A stretch of DNA of 64,000 bases, from NCBI GenBank assembly GCA_964252075.1, contig CAXULY010000014.1, positions 50,683 through 114,682 on the forward strand. The letters run 5' to 3'. Shown in pieces: positions 30,799-41,491 of this stretch. The stretch's first letter is position 1. Each line of letters begins with the position of its first letter. Both the position numbers and the translations under genes were made by a program. The notes beneath the pieces were generated by a model. It was given only the letters and a program-made list of their open reading frames with translations, had not been told where the DNA came from and searched no databases. The DNA comes from an uncultured Deinococcaceae bacterium. Lineage in GTDB: Bacteria > Deinococcota > Deinococci > Deinococcales > Deinococcaceae.

Positions 30799-32304
30799 AT
30801 GACGCGCGTTCACGCCCTGCTGCTCACCGCCGCCCTCGTTTCGGCCCCCGCCGCGCTCGCGCAGAGCGGCACCCTCACCATCGCCACCGCGCAGGACCCG
30901 CAGAACTGGGACCCCATCGACACCTTCCTGGTCGCCTGGGGCACCGTCGCCCACAACATGTACGACGGCCTGATCGTCCGCGGTGCGGACCTCAAACTCC
31001 AGCCGGGCCTCGCGACGAAATGGACGTACCTCAACCCCACCACCCTGCGCTTCACGCTCCGCCAGGGCGTCAAGTTCCATGACGGTGAGCCCTTCAACGC
31101 CGCCGCCGTGAAGTTCACCTTCGACCGCCTGCTCGGCCCGGAAGGCAAGAAGGGACCGCAGCAGGCGAACTACAGCAGCATCAAGTCCGTGAAGGTCGTC
31201 AACGCCACCACCGTGGATTTCATCCTCTCGCAGGCGGACCCGGTGCTCCTCACGAAACTCGCCGGTTACGGCGCCATGATCGTCCCCCCGAAGTACATCA
31301 AGGACAAGGGCGACGCGTACTTCAACACCCACCCGGTCGGCACGGGTCCCTTCAAGTTCGTGTCGTACAAGCCCGGCGAATCCATTCGCCTCGCGGCCAA
31401 CCCGGGGTACTGGGGCGGCGCGCCGAAACTCGCGAACGTCACGTACCGCTTCATTGAGGAACCCGCGACGCGCGTCGCGGAACTGCAGGCGGGCCGCGTG
31501 GACATCGCGACGGCCATCCCGGTCGCGCAGGCGAGCACCGTGAAAGGCAACAGCAACCTCACCCTGCAGGCGGTCCCCAGCCCCACCGTGCAGGCGCTGC
31601 GCCTGAACGTCGCGCACACCCCCACCACGGACCTGCGCGTGCGCCAGGCGCTGAATTACGCGATTGACCGGGACGCCATCATCAAGTCCATCCTGCAGGG
31701 CTACGCGAGTCCCATCGCGTCCATGCAGTCCTCGAAGTCCTTCGGGTACGACGCGAACCTGAAACCCTACCCCTACGACCCCGCGAAGGCGAAGTCGCTG
31801 CTCGCTGCGGCGGGCGTGAAGCCCGGCACGACCATCGGCATTGATTTCATCGGCACGGACGCCGTGTTCCGCGAGGTGGCGCAGGCCGTCGCGGGGTACC
31901 TGCAGGTGGTGGGCCTGAAGGCGGACCTGAAGACCTACGAAACCAACACCTTCTACAGCGACATCATCCCCAAGAACAAGACCAGCAACGCCTACCAGAT
32001 GGGGTGGGGCGGCTGGACCTTCGACTTCGACAACACCGCCTACCTGCTCTACCACAGCGGGCAGTTCTGGAACGCCGACTACAAGAGCCCGCAGCTGGAC
32101 GCCCTGCTGGACAAGCAGCACAAGCTGAGCGACCAGCAGCAGCGCCTCGGCATCCTGCGCAGCATCGCGAAGTACGCGCACGATCAGGCGATTGACGTGC
32201 CGCTGTACAACCAGCAGGACCTGTGGGGCGTCAGCAAGCGCGTGCAGCACTTCACAGCGCCCAGCGACAGCCTGCTGCACCTGCAGAACGTCAGCGTGAA
32301 GTGA
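30799..32304 (+). CDS. Peptide/nickel ABC transporter substrate-binding protein (family 5)
   Basis: PGLATKW..FTLRQGVKFHDG, VGTGPFKF, VRQALNYAIDR. Confidence 0.95.
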   Translation: MTRVHALLLTAALVSAPAALAQSGTLTIATAQDPQNWDPIDTFLVAWGTVAHNMYDGLIVRGADLKLQPGLATKWTYLNPTTLRFTLRQGVKFHDGEPFNAAAVKFTFDRLLGPEGKKGPQQANYSSIKSVKVVNATTVDFILSQADPVLLTKLAGYGAMIVPPKYIKDKGDAYFNTHPVGTGPFKFVSYKPGESIRLAANPGYWGGAPKLANVTYRFIEEPATRVAELQAGRVDIATAIPVAQASTVKGNSNLTLQAVPSPTVQALRLNVAHTPTTDLRVRQALNYAIDRDAIIKSILQGYASPIASMQSSKSFGYDANLKPYPYDPAKAKSLLAAAGVKPGTTIGIDFIGTDAVFREVAQAVAGYLQVVGLKADLKTYETNTFYSDIIPKNKTSNAYQMGWGGWTFDFDNTAYLLYHSGQFWNADYKSPQLDALLDKQHKLSDQQQRLGILRSIAKYAHDQAIDVPLYNQQDLWGVSKRVQHFTAPSDSLLHLQNVSVK

Positions 32305-32311
32305 CGCGCGC

Positions 32312-33235
32312 ATGGCCCGCTACCTCATCTCCCAGCTGCTGCAGGCGGTGCTGGTCGTGGTGTTCGTCACGCTGGTCGTCGCGGTGATGCTGCGCTTCTC
32401 CGGCGACCCGGCGGTCGCGCAGTTCCAGGGCGCGTCCGCGCCGACGGCGGAGCAGCTGCGCGACATCCGCCGCGCGCTGGGCCTCGACCAGCCGTTCCTG
32501 GTGCAGTACGGGCACTTCCTGGGCGGCGTCCTCACCGGGAACTTCGGCACGAGTTTCCGCGGCGCGGTGCCGGTCGGCGCGCTCATCCGTCAGGCCCTCC
32601 CGCCGACGCTGCTGCTCGCACTGTGCTCCCTGCTGATCTGCCTCGCCATCTCGCTGCCGCTCGGCGTGTTCGCCGCGGTGCGGCGCGGACGCCTCGCGGA
32701 CCAGCTGATCCGCGTGCTGTCCCTGCTGGGGCTGTCCTTCCCGAACTTCTGGCTGGGCATCATGCTGGTGCTGGTCTTCGGCGTGCTGCTGCGCTGGCTG
32801 CCGCCGTCGGGCTTCGAGAACGCCGCGTCCATCGTGCTGCCCAGCGTCACGCTCGGCCTGATCCTCACCGCCACCACCGTGCGCCTGCTGCGCGCCTCCC
32901 TGCTGGACGTGCTGAGCAGCCAGTACGTGGCGGTCGCGCGCAGCAAGGGCCTCTCCGAGCGGCGCGTGCTGTACAAGCACGCGCTGCGCAACACCGCCAT
33001 TCCCGTCATCACCTTCATCGGCCTGCAGTTCGGCGGGCTGATCGGTGGGGTGGTGGTGGTGGAGCAGGTGTTCGCGTGGCCGGGCCTGGGCTCGCTGGCG
33101 CTGCAGGCCATCTCGAACCGCGATTACCCGGTGCTGCAGGGCACCGTGACGGTCCTCGCGATGTTCGTGGTGCTGGTGAACCTGCTGGTGGACCTCTCCT
33201 ACGGGCTGTTCGACCCGCGCGTGCGGATGGACTGA
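32312..33235 (+). CDS. ABC transporter permease (DppB/OppB-like)
   Basis: GLDQP..QY, ARSKGL..HALRN, EQVFAWPGLG, RDYPVLQG, DPRVR. Confidence 0.95.
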   Translation: MARYLISQLLQAVLVVVFVTLVVAVMLRFSGDPAVAQFQGASAPTAEQLRDIRRALGLDQPFLVQYGHFLGGVLTGNFGTSFRGAVPVGALIRQALPPTLLLALCSLLICLAISLPLGVFAAVRRGRLADQLIRVLSLLGLSFPNFWLGIMLVLVFGVLLRWLPPSGFENAASIVLPSVTLGLILTATTVRLLRASLLDVLSSQYVAVARSKGLSERRVLYKHALRNTAIPVITFIGLQFGGLIGGVVVVEQVFAWPGLGSLALQAISNRDYPVLQGTVTVLAMFVVLVNLLVDLSYGLFDPRVRMD

Positions 33236-33236
33236 C

Positions 33237-34097
33237 ATGACCACCCCACCCGCGACCGCCACACCGCCGCGCCGCCGCGCCCGCTGGGCGCCGGACCTCG
33301 TGCTGGGCGTGCTGCTCTCCGGCGGGATGCTGCTGCTCGTCGTGTTCGCGGGCGTGCTGTTTCCCGCGGGCACCGACGCGATGGACCTCGCCGCGCGCCT
33401 GCAGCCGCCGCACGTGCCGTCCGCGCACCCTTTCGGCACGGACCCCATCGGGCGCGACGTGCTCGCGCGCGTCGTGTTCGGCGGCCGCATCTCCCTGACG
33501 GTCGGGCTCGTGTCCGTCGCGCTGTCCGTGCTGATCGGCACGCTGCTCGGCCTGATCGCGGGGTACTACCGGGCGGCGGTCGGCGCGGTCCTGATGCGCC
33601 TCGCGGACGTGCAGCTCGCCTTTCCGTTCATCCTGCTGGCCATCACGGTGATCGCCATCGTCGGCCCCGGCCTGTGGAAACTGATCGCCGTGATGGTGGT
33701 GTCGCAGTGGGCGCAGTACGCGCGCCTCGTGCGCGGTCAGGTGCTGGCCCTGCGCGAGCGGGAGTTCGTGCAGGCCGCGCAGGCGCTCGGCGCGAACGGC
33801 AACCGCACGATGTTCCGCCACATCATCCCGAACGCCATCGGGCCCATCGTGGTCCTCGCGACGCTGAACGTCGCGAACAACATCCTGCTGGAGTCGGGCC
33901 TGACCTTCCTGGGGCTGGGCGTGGACCCGCAGGTGCCGTCCTGGGGCGGCATGCTCGCGGACGGGCGCACGTACCTGCAGACCGCGTGGTGGGTGTCGGT
34001 GTTCCCCGGCGTCGCCATCACCGTCACGGTGCTGGGCTTCAACCTGCTCGGCGACTGGCTGCGGGACCGCCTCGACCCGCACGGGAGGCGCGCATGA
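33237..34097 (+). CDS. ABC transporter permease (DppC/OppC-like)
   Basis: HPFGTDPIGRDV, EFVQAAQALGA, PSWGGML, NLLGDWLRDRLDP. Confidence 0.95.
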   Translation: MTTPPATATPPRRRARWAPDLVLGVLLSGGMLLLVVFAGVLFPAGTDAMDLAARLQPPHVPSAHPFGTDPIGRDVLARVVFGGRISLTVGLVSVALSVLIGTLLGLIAGYYRAAVGAVLMRLADVQLAFPFILLAITVIAIVGPGLWKLIAVMVVSQWAQYARLVRGQVLALREREFVQAAQALGANGNRTMFRHIIPNAIGPIVVLATLNVANNILLESGLTFLGLGVDPQVPSWGGMLADGRTYLQTAWWVSVFPGVAITVTVLGFNLLGDWLRDRLDPHGRRA

Positions 34098-35989
34098 CCA
34101 CAGCGTCCAGACGCACGGACGACACCCGCCCCGGCCCGCCCCGCGTCATCTGGGAGGCGCGGTTCCCCTGGGAGGGCGCGCGCCTCCTCGCGCACCTTGA
34201 CGACCTCCCAGCGTCTCCCGGGCCGTTGCACGTGCAGGCGTTCGTGTCCGAGTCGCCCGAGGTGCGCGCCGCCCTGCGCGGCGACATCGCCCGGCGCCTG
34301 CCGGACGGCGCGGTCATCCGCGTGCGCAGCGCGTACAAGACCGGGTACTTCTGGCTGACCGAGGAGGTCCGGCCCCTGTGGCGGCGCCACCACGCCGACC
34401 ACCTGACCGTCACGTACCCGGTGCAGCCCGACGTGCACGCGGGGCGCTTCCTGCAGGAACTGTACCCGCTGGCCGCCCTGCTGCGCGAAGACGGCCTGGA
34501 CGTCACCTTCCAGCCCGGCGGTTCAGACCCGCAGTACCGGGCGGCGCTGTCCAGGAACGGGCGCGAGGTGTGGAGCGGGCGGTGCTTCGTGCCCCTGCAC
34601 GGGCGCACCTCACCTGACGGGCGACCCGTGCCGTGCCCCACGGGGTGGCTCACCGTGCGGTGCGGCGCGACGACGCTGCTCGACGCGCGCGTCGCGACGG
34701 ACGCCGAACTGGTGTGGGCGTGGTACGAGGAGCAGGTGATGCCCGAGGTGCTGGCGCTCGCCGCGAGTCGACCCAGCCGCCCGTCCTTCCGGAACCTGAC
34801 CGTCACCGCGCGCCTCTCCGAACCGGACGTGCCGCTCGGCGTGCTGAACGAACGCGCAAGCATGACCGAGGCGCTCTCCGAGGAGGTGTACTTCGGCACC
34901 CTGGACCTCCTGAAGCGCCACGCGCAGGTGGCCGTCACCGAACGCCACCTGACGCCCGGCCGCATCGCGCCGCTCATCGTGGCGGCCCCCCAGCAGGACG
35001 CCACGGCCAGCGCGGTCCTCACCCCCTGGGGTGACGCGGACGGACCCGCCGAACTGCCCCCCAGCGACGCGGCCGCGCCGCCACCCGCACGTTTAGGAAC
35101 TACGGTGCCGCTGGCCGTCGCGCCCTGGACGCCCGAGGAACTCTGGGCGCAGACCCACGCGCAGGCGCGGCGGCACGCCCTGGAATGGCGCGTCCCCACC
35201 CTCAGCGTCCAGGGTCGGCCCGTGCCCGCCGTCCTGCGCCCAGGCACGAACGGCGTGCTCCTCACGGGCGGCCAGCACGCCAACGAAACCACCGGGCCCG
35301 TCGCCGCCGTGACCTTCATCGGGCCGCTCGCGGAGAGCGGCGTGCCGTTCGCGGCGCTCCCCCTCGAGAACCCGGACGGCGCCCACCTGCACCGCACGCT
35401 CATCCGCGCCAACCCGGAGCACATGCACCACGCCGCGCGGTACACCGCCCTCGGCGACGACCTCGAAGCCCGCCTGCGGACGCAGCCCCGCTGGGAGACG
35501 CGGGGTCGCGTGTGGGCGGCGCAGGCCGTCGGCGCGGCGCTGCACCTGAACCTGCACGGCTACCCCGCGCACGAGTGGACCCGCCCGTACAGCGGGTACG
35601 CCCCGTATGGCTTCGAATCGTGGGCCCTGCCGGCCGGGTTCGTGACGGTGCTGTGGCATCACCCGGGCCTCCAGGAGCGCGCGCTGGCCCTCGCGGACCG
35701 CATCGCCCGCCGCCTGCACGACGAGCGGGACGTGGTGGCACACACCGCGCGGGCGTACGCGGCGAGCGCCGCGCACCTGCACAACCCGCACTACGTGCTG
35801 GTCCACGGCCTGCCCTTCGTGATCGCGGAGCGCGCCGCCGCCCTGTGCCCCCTCACCGTCATCACGGAAGCGCCGGACGAGACCATCTACGGCGCTTCCT
35901 TCGAGCTGTTCGTCCGCGCGCACCTCGCGGTGTGCACTGCAGCCCTCGACCTCCACCAGCACCCGGAGGGCGCCGCACGGAACGCCTGA
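34094..35989 (+). CDS. M14-like zinc carboxypeptidase
   Basis: ATGA overlap; GQHANE (HxxE), NPDG and NLHGYP in the C-terminal domain. Confidence 0.8.
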   Translation: MTTASRRTDDTRPGPPRVIWEARFPWEGARLLAHLDDLPASPGPLHVQAFVSESPEVRAALRGDIARRLPDGAVIRVRSAYKTGYFWLTEEVRPLWRRHHADHLTVTYPVQPDVHAGRFLQELYPLAALLREDGLDVTFQPGGSDPQYRAALSRNGREVWSGRCFVPLHGRTSPDGRPVPCPTGWLTVRCGATTLLDARVATDAELVWAWYEEQVMPEVLALAASRPSRPSFRNLTVTARLSEPDVPLGVLNERASMTEALSEEVYFGTLDLLKRHAQVAVTERHLTPGRIAPLIVAAPQQDATASAVLTPWGDADGPAELPPSDAAAPPPARLGTTVPLAVAPWTPEELWAQTHAQARRHALEWRVPTLSVQGRPVPAVLRPGTNGVLLTGGQHANETTGPVAAVTFIGPLAESGVPFAALPLENPDGAHLHRTLIRANPEHMHHAARYTALGDDLEARLRTQPRWETRGRVWAAQAVGAALHLNLHGYPAHEWTRPYSGYAPYGFESWALPAGFVTVLWHHPGLQERALALADRIARRLHDERDVVAHTARAYAASAAHLHNPHYVLVHGLPFVIAERAAALCPLTVITEAPDETIYGASFELFVRAHLAVCTAALDLHQHPEGAARNA

Positions 35990-37164
35990 AGGACCGTTCA
36001 CTGATAAGGGTGCCGTGGTTTGGTCCGTTCCCTGGTGGGCGGGACGGGGCGAGGTACGTCCTCACTGAGCGCCGTACCCGCTCCAGCTATCAATTTTATG
36101 GCCACGGTGGCGCCCGGATAGCCTACGTCGCCTCGCTCTGCGCTAAGTTTTCGCAAGGCCGGAATGGGAATGATGTATGGGTGTGCTTGGCAGCCCTGGC
36201 GGACCTCGTACGGCCTGATTCACTCGGACCTGCGCGCTCCATAGGGACAGCAGGACGCGTCATGTCTTCGACCTAGAGGAATGCGAGTTCTACTGTTTCC
36301 TGAACGACGTCGCTTGGGGTCTCCTCAGCGCCTGCCCCCTCGGGGGCAGAAGGATCGGACGGCACTTCGCGCGAACGTTTCTCCATGCGCACTGGGAGGT
36401 GCTTCCTCGGCCTGAGCACTGATTGGGGCGGCCGCATAAGCTGATGAAGCTGCGTGACGTGCTGATGCCAGGCGTGTAATTGAGGCAACGAGCGAACGGT
36501 TCGATGAATGGGGTGGCTTTCCGGTCGTCAAGGGAGCCGTGGCCTGCGTGGCGAGCGGCAGGCCCGCGCTGACGCTCGACGAGGCGGACGAGGAGGCTGT
36601 GCGAAGGGAACGAATTCGGCAGGAGCACGAGTCACCGCGAGCCGCCCACCCGCGTGAGTTGCGCTGCGCCTGGTTACCCTAACGCGCGATTCTCGCCGGC
36701 CATGTCTTGAAAAAATGCGGGCTTCAAGGCGGCAGAGCGTGTGACGGACAACGCGAGGGCGTGTAGACGGGTCGCTCGTTGCGCGTGTGCGACCACTCAA
36801 GATTGGTAAAGGTGCCAACAGGTCGGTCGCTTCTGACACCTCACCCTAGGAGAGTGCTCAGGATGCACGGAAGACGGCCCGATTGGTCTTCGCGCTTCCA
36901 CCGTCTTCAAAGATCGAGTACCCACGCACCGCGAACCGTGCAGGATAGGCGATGGGCAGCAGAATGCGGTTGGCGGCGCTAAAGCAGGGCCGCTGCACGT
37001 ATAAAAAAGCAGTCCAGCTTAAGGAACCGAGCGGTACCAACATGGTGAAGCGCATTGGACTTCGCCCTCTCGCCTCTCATGGATCACATAATTCACAGGT
37101 AATCTGTCGCCATCCAACCGCCCGTGCAAGGCTTTTGTGACAGGTGAATCGTCACACTGCCGAT

Positions 37165-37401
37165 ATGGTTTCCTTCTCGCGGTACCTGCGGCAGTGGCAA
37201 CGCACGTCCAACACGGCGCAGGTCCTGGCCACCTTCAGGCCGGGCGCGCCGCTCCTCAACGTGGGCGACGAGGTGATGTTCTCCGTCATCCACTTCAAGG
37301 TGGAGCGGATCGTGACGAGCACGCTCGCGCACGGGCAGACGGTGCTGCTCCGCCCGCGCGAGCAGGCGGGCAAGGTCAGTCGGGGTCAGGCCGCCCGCTG
37401 A
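37165..37401 (+). CDS. Small hypothetical protein
   Basis: 78 aa with strong GC3 bias in an otherwise non-coding stretch; start uncertain. Confidence 0.5.
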   Translation: MVSFSRYLRQWQRTSNTAQVLATFRPGAPLLNVGDEVMFSVIHFKVERIVTSTLAHGQTVLLRPREQAGKVSRGQAAR

Positions 37402-37693
37402 GGGCCAGTCACCGGTCACCCCGGCACGCTTTCTGCTGAAGCCGCTCAATCAGGTGGCGTCCCACAATGCAAGTGGTTCAGAGCTGACGCCTGCATTCGG
37501 TAGACGACCCGGTCGGTTCTCCTTCTGACTCGCCCCGCTTGCCATATGCCCGCACCAGCGGAGAGGTTTCCCAGGCTAGAGCGTGGCCTGACGAGGGCTT
37601 GCGGGACGTCATGAACGTGATCGGGCACCTCGCTGTCCTCACGACCACAAATGTCGTGGGTCGGGAATTATTCCCTCCTAAGATGGGCATGAG

Positions 37694-37993
37694 ATGACGA
37701 TCGAGATCAGCCTTCTGAGGGCGTTCCCACAGGGCGTGGTGGGCTTGCGGGAACTCCTGGCGCTGCTGCCCCCGAACATCAACGCCAAGTCCGCCAGCGG
37801 TCAGCTGCGCTTCATGACGGCGTCCAGAATGGTCCGCAACTGCGGGCGAGGACGGTACGAGCTGACGGATGCTGGGAGGCTCGCCCAGGTTGCGCTGCCC
37901 CACCCACACGGGGCAGCGCAACCTGGGGTCGCTTCACATGTGGGCACGAAACCTGGGCCCCGCTCCCCTGGTCGCTTCGCTGACGCCGACTGA
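37694..37993 (+). CDS. Small hypothetical protein, possibly winged-helix
   Basis: Helical N-terminus followed by GRGRYELTDAG, a wing-like motif. Confidence 0.35.
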   Translation: MTIEISLLRAFPQGVVGLRELLALLPPNINAKSASGQLRFMTASRMVRNCGRGRYELTDAGRLAQVALPHPHGAAQPGVASHVGTKPGPRSPGRFADAD

Positions 37994-38013
37994 CACCGAT
38001 CGGTCATATACTT

Positions 38014-38292
38014 TTGTATGAAAGCAAGGCGGCCTCACGTTGGGACCACGGCGCACGCGCGGTTGGTGAGGCCAGCCCCGTGACCGGGCACGACGTGATT
38101 GCCGTGCAGGAACTCCCGGACGCAGAGGGCGGCCGGCTGTTCCTGCTGACGCTGCGGGCGGGCGGCACCGTGCCACGCATGATGGACCGCCTCACGCACG
38201 ACCAGCAGACGTACCTGATCGTGGGCCTCGTTGACCCAGGGGAGCAGGGACCGGTCGTGCTGGCCCTCCTGCAGGCCGCGCGCACGGATTGA
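38014..38292 (+). CDS. Small hypothetical protein
   Basis: Coding-like codon bias from about 38080; start uncertain. Confidence 0.35.
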   Translation: MYESKAASRWDHGARAVGEASPVTGHDVIAVQELPDAEGGRLFLLTLRAGGTVPRMMDRLTHDQQTYLIVGLVDPGEQGPVVLALLQAARTD

Positions 38293-38367
38293 CAAGCGCG
38301 CCCCGACCAGAGCGTCACGATAAAAATGACATGGGCGGCCCGCCGCCCTTTCCCTACAATCGGGTCC

Positions 38368-39417
38368 ATGGAACGACCTGGGCGCCGGACTTCCGGACTC
38401 GACGCGGAAGGCTGGCGCTACCGCTTCTACCTCATCGTCACGGCGCTCGCCTGCCTCGGCGAGACCACCGTCGCCGTCCGTGACGCCCTGCACCCCCGCC
38501 CCGGCATCGCCATGCCGTGGGAGTCAACCTTCGGCGCCCTGTTTTGCGCCGCGTTGCTGGTCACCCTCCTGATGCGCCGCGTGCCCCTGCGCGCGCTGGA
38601 CCTGCTCGTCACCCTGATCGTCTCGGTCGTCCTGGTGATCGAGCTGCTCGAGAGCTTTCAGCAGGCCGCGCCGCCCCGCCTGCGGCTGTACTTCATCGCG
38701 TTGTTCGTGATTCTGTCCGTGGTGACCAACCTGCCGGTGCGCGCGGCCCTGGCGTGGGTGGGCACCATCATGGCGGCGCTGGTGACGCTGGTGCTCACGC
38801 GCCCCGGCCCCGTGGACGCCACGCTGCTGATCGAGATGGGCGTCGTGGTGCTGCTGATCCTGCACCTGGCCTTCTTCGGCCGTCAGGTCAGCAACGAGCG
38901 CCTCGAAGGACAGCAGTACCGGCAACTCGCCTTCACCGATCCCCTCACGGGGCTGGACAACCGGCGGGCCATGTACGACCACCTGGAGGCAGCGTTCCGG
39001 AATTTGCGCCGGGGCACGCCCTTCGCGGTGGTGCTGCTGGACCTGGATCACTTCAAGGCGATCAACGACCAGTACGGGCACGGCACCGGCGATCAGGTGC
39101 TGCAACAGGTCGCGCGCATCCTGCAGGGCGGCCTGCGGGAGGACGACCACGTGGCGCGCTGGGGTGGCGAGGAATTCCTCCTCGTGCTGAACGACGTGAG
39201 TGAGGAGCAGGCGGGCCGGACCACCGCACGCCTCTGGCACGCCGTGCGCGAGGCGCGGACCGGGGCGCTGCCGCGCTTCACCGCGAGTTTCGGCGTGGCG
39301 ACCGCCCGCCCGGAGGACGGGGTGAGCAGCCTCCTGCAGCGGGCGGATGTTCGGCTGTACGAAGCGAAAGCGCTCGGCCGGGACCGCTGGCAACTGGGGG
39401 CACCGCAGGGCGCGTGA
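38368..39417 (+). CDS. Membrane-anchored diguanylate cyclase (GGDEF)
   Basis: About 6 TM helices, DPLTGLDNRR, DLDHFK.IND.YGH..GD, RxxD I-site (REDD), GGEEF; TACAAT 7 nt upstream. Confidence 0.93.
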   Translation: MERPGRRTSGLDAEGWRYRFYLIVTALACLGETTVAVRDALHPRPGIAMPWESTFGALFCAALLVTLLMRRVPLRALDLLVTLIVSVVLVIELLESFQQAAPPRLRLYFIALFVILSVVTNLPVRAALAWVGTIMAALVTLVLTRPGPVDATLLIEMGVVVLLILHLAFFGRQVSNERLEGQQYRQLAFTDPLTGLDNRRAMYDHLEAAFRNLRRGTPFAVVLLDLDHFKAINDQYGHGTGDQVLQQVARILQGGLREDDHVARWGGEEFLLVLNDVSEEQAGRTTARLWHAVREARTGALPRFTASFGVATARPEDGVSSLLQRADVRLYEAKALGRDRWQLGAPQGA

Positions 39418-39559
39418 CCGCCACCCTGAGCAGTGAACGGAGCTGCCCTCCACCAACAACTCTGCCCGCGCTGGCTCGCGCCATGCGCGCGGATGTCTCA
39501 GGCAGGCCGCCGGCGACCTCGCGCGCGGTGTCCGGCAGCGTGCCCAGGTCCACCAGACC

Positions 39560-39800
39560 CAGGGTTTGGAGGTGCGCGACAGGTGCAGCACCGCGTCATT
39601 CAGGGTGTTCCTGTGGGCACTGGCGTCCCAGATGACCTTTAGAGACTGCGCCTCCTTGTCGTCCAGCCGGTCCCTCAGTGACGTCCGCAGCAACTCGTTG
39701 AAGCCCATCATGTGCTGCACGGGCGTGCGCAGGTCATGGCTGACACTGTACGTGAACGCCTCCAGCTCCTCATTCGCCGCCTCCAGCACCCGCGTGCGGG
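39560..39800 (-). pseudogene. Histidine kinase HisKA fragment
   Basis: LEAANEELEAFTYSVSHDLRTP H-box with no intact ATPase domain; ends approximate. Confidence 0.7.
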
Positions 39801-40056
39801 CGTCAAATCCCGCGCGCTGCTGGCTGTGCGCGCGGCGATCGATGGCGATGCCAAGGCCTTAGCTCACCGCCGGAAGGTGCTGCGTCCGCGCGCGCCTGCG
39901 TGGACGCCATGTTGAACAGGCTGTGCGGCTCACCCTGCCTGAAGTGCGAGGAGCGCGCCCGCCCAGCAACGCGGCGGGTGGTTCCTTCACCGCACGGGCG
40001 GGGTCAGCCACGCTGCGCCTCACTGTGCAGCCCTTGATCCTCCAGGTGAGGCGCCG

Positions 40057-40887
40057 TCATGCGCGCGCACCCCACGGTGCGGGGCGTTGACCGTGCACGT
40101 CCAGCAGGTCCAGCAGGGGCCGCACCAGCGCCTCCACCCGCGCGGGCACGTCCGGCAGGGTCGTCGAGGTAAAGGACAGCAGCTGCTCGATGTGCCGCTC
40201 GAAGTTCGCGGGCACCAGCGGGAGCGTGGCGGCCACCGCCACCAGCCGCTTCGCCCCCGGGTGGAGCGTGCGGTTCAGCGCGAACAGCACGTCGAAGTAA
40301 CTCTCCATCAGCAGCGCCAGCTGCGCGTTCACGACCACCAGATCGCCCCGCCGGACGCCCAGCGCCACCTGGCTGGGGCGGCTGTAGATGGCGCCGGACA
40401 GCAGCGGCACATTGAGCGCCAGGATGGCCTGGGCCAGCCCCTCCGGGTACGGGCGGGTGGCGCGCGCCTGCAGCGCGGCGAACCAGCCCTCGCGGTCGAA
40501 CAGGGTGCGGGACGTCAGGATGTTCTGCCAGATGGCCGTGGAGTTCCCCTGGCGCGCCTCGAAGCGGTCCAGGAGGTACGTCACGTGGTCCTCGAACGAC
40601 TGCACCGGGCGGAACATCACATCAATTTCGGTGCCGGTGTCCGCCTCGATCCACACGTCGCCTTCCTCGGCGAAGTGATCGCCGATCTCCCAGCGCCGGG
40701 CGCGCGCAGCAGCGATCGCCTCACGCGGCCCCAGGGGCACGGGCTCCCGGCTGTACACGTACAGGTCGATGTCCGAGGCGGCGTCATTGCGGCCGACGGT
40801 GCGTGAGCCGCCCTGCACCACCGCGAGGACCTCGGGAATCTGGGCGTAGATTGCGGCAATCTCGGCGGGCAGATTGGTTTCAGCCAT
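40057..40887 (-). CDS. Pol-beta superfamily nucleotidyltransferase (DUF4037-like C-terminus)
   Basis: GGSR..D..SDIDLYVY motif; YFDVLFALN..HPGAKR. Confidence 0.85.
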   Translation of the reverse strand: MAETNLPAEIAAIYAQIPEVLAVVQGGSRTVGRNDAASDIDLYVYSREPVPLGPREAIAAARARRWEIGDHFAEEGDVWIEADTGTEIDVMFRPVQSFEDHVTYLLDRFEARQGNSTAIWQNILTSRTLFDREGWFAALQARATRPYPEGLAQAILALNVPLLSGAIYSRPSQVALGVRRGDLVVVNAQLALLMESYFDVLFALNRTLHPGAKRLVAVAATLPLVPANFERHIEQLLSFTSTTLPDVPARVEALVRPLLDLLDVHGQRPAPWGARA

Positions 40888-41491
40888 GCCCCAGCATGCA
40901 CGCTGGAATCGCTTCGCCGCGTGTTGGGGCAGGGGAGAGGCGGTGTTCCGGTGGTGAACGGCGCTCCCTGCGGACAATCGTGGCGCCACGATCCATTCCC
41001 TGTCGCCCTCGGGTAAAGCGACGGGCTGGGTATGGCGGGCGGAGGTGGAGCACACTCAGGCGTGCGCTTGGTGCCCATGGCGCTGTGCCGCATGTCTCCT
41101 CCGGGAGCACCAGGCGACCAGTGCCACCACATGGGACCTCATTACTTCAGGGAGGGTGGTGTACGGCATGTCACCCGCCCACTTCCGTCTGTATGCAAGA
41201 GGCGGCGCGTTCGTATTTCAAGGCCGTCAGGCGGTTCGCTGAAATCGCAACCGTTGCTGAAGCTCGCCTGAGGTCAGAACCACCGACTTTGAGCACGGCG
41301 AAGAATTCAAGGCGCGCTCGGCCCGCACACCCGGTTCCGCCTTCGTGCCCGCTCACTGTCTCCACCCAGCAAAGCGTCACCAGTGGGGCGTTCAGGTGCG
41401 CGCCAGCCGCGACGACCCAAGTCCGTTCTCGCCGTCCCTCCGCCACCTGCAGTTGAGGTCGGACCGGTGCGGTGGCTGCTCGGGCCCGCGT

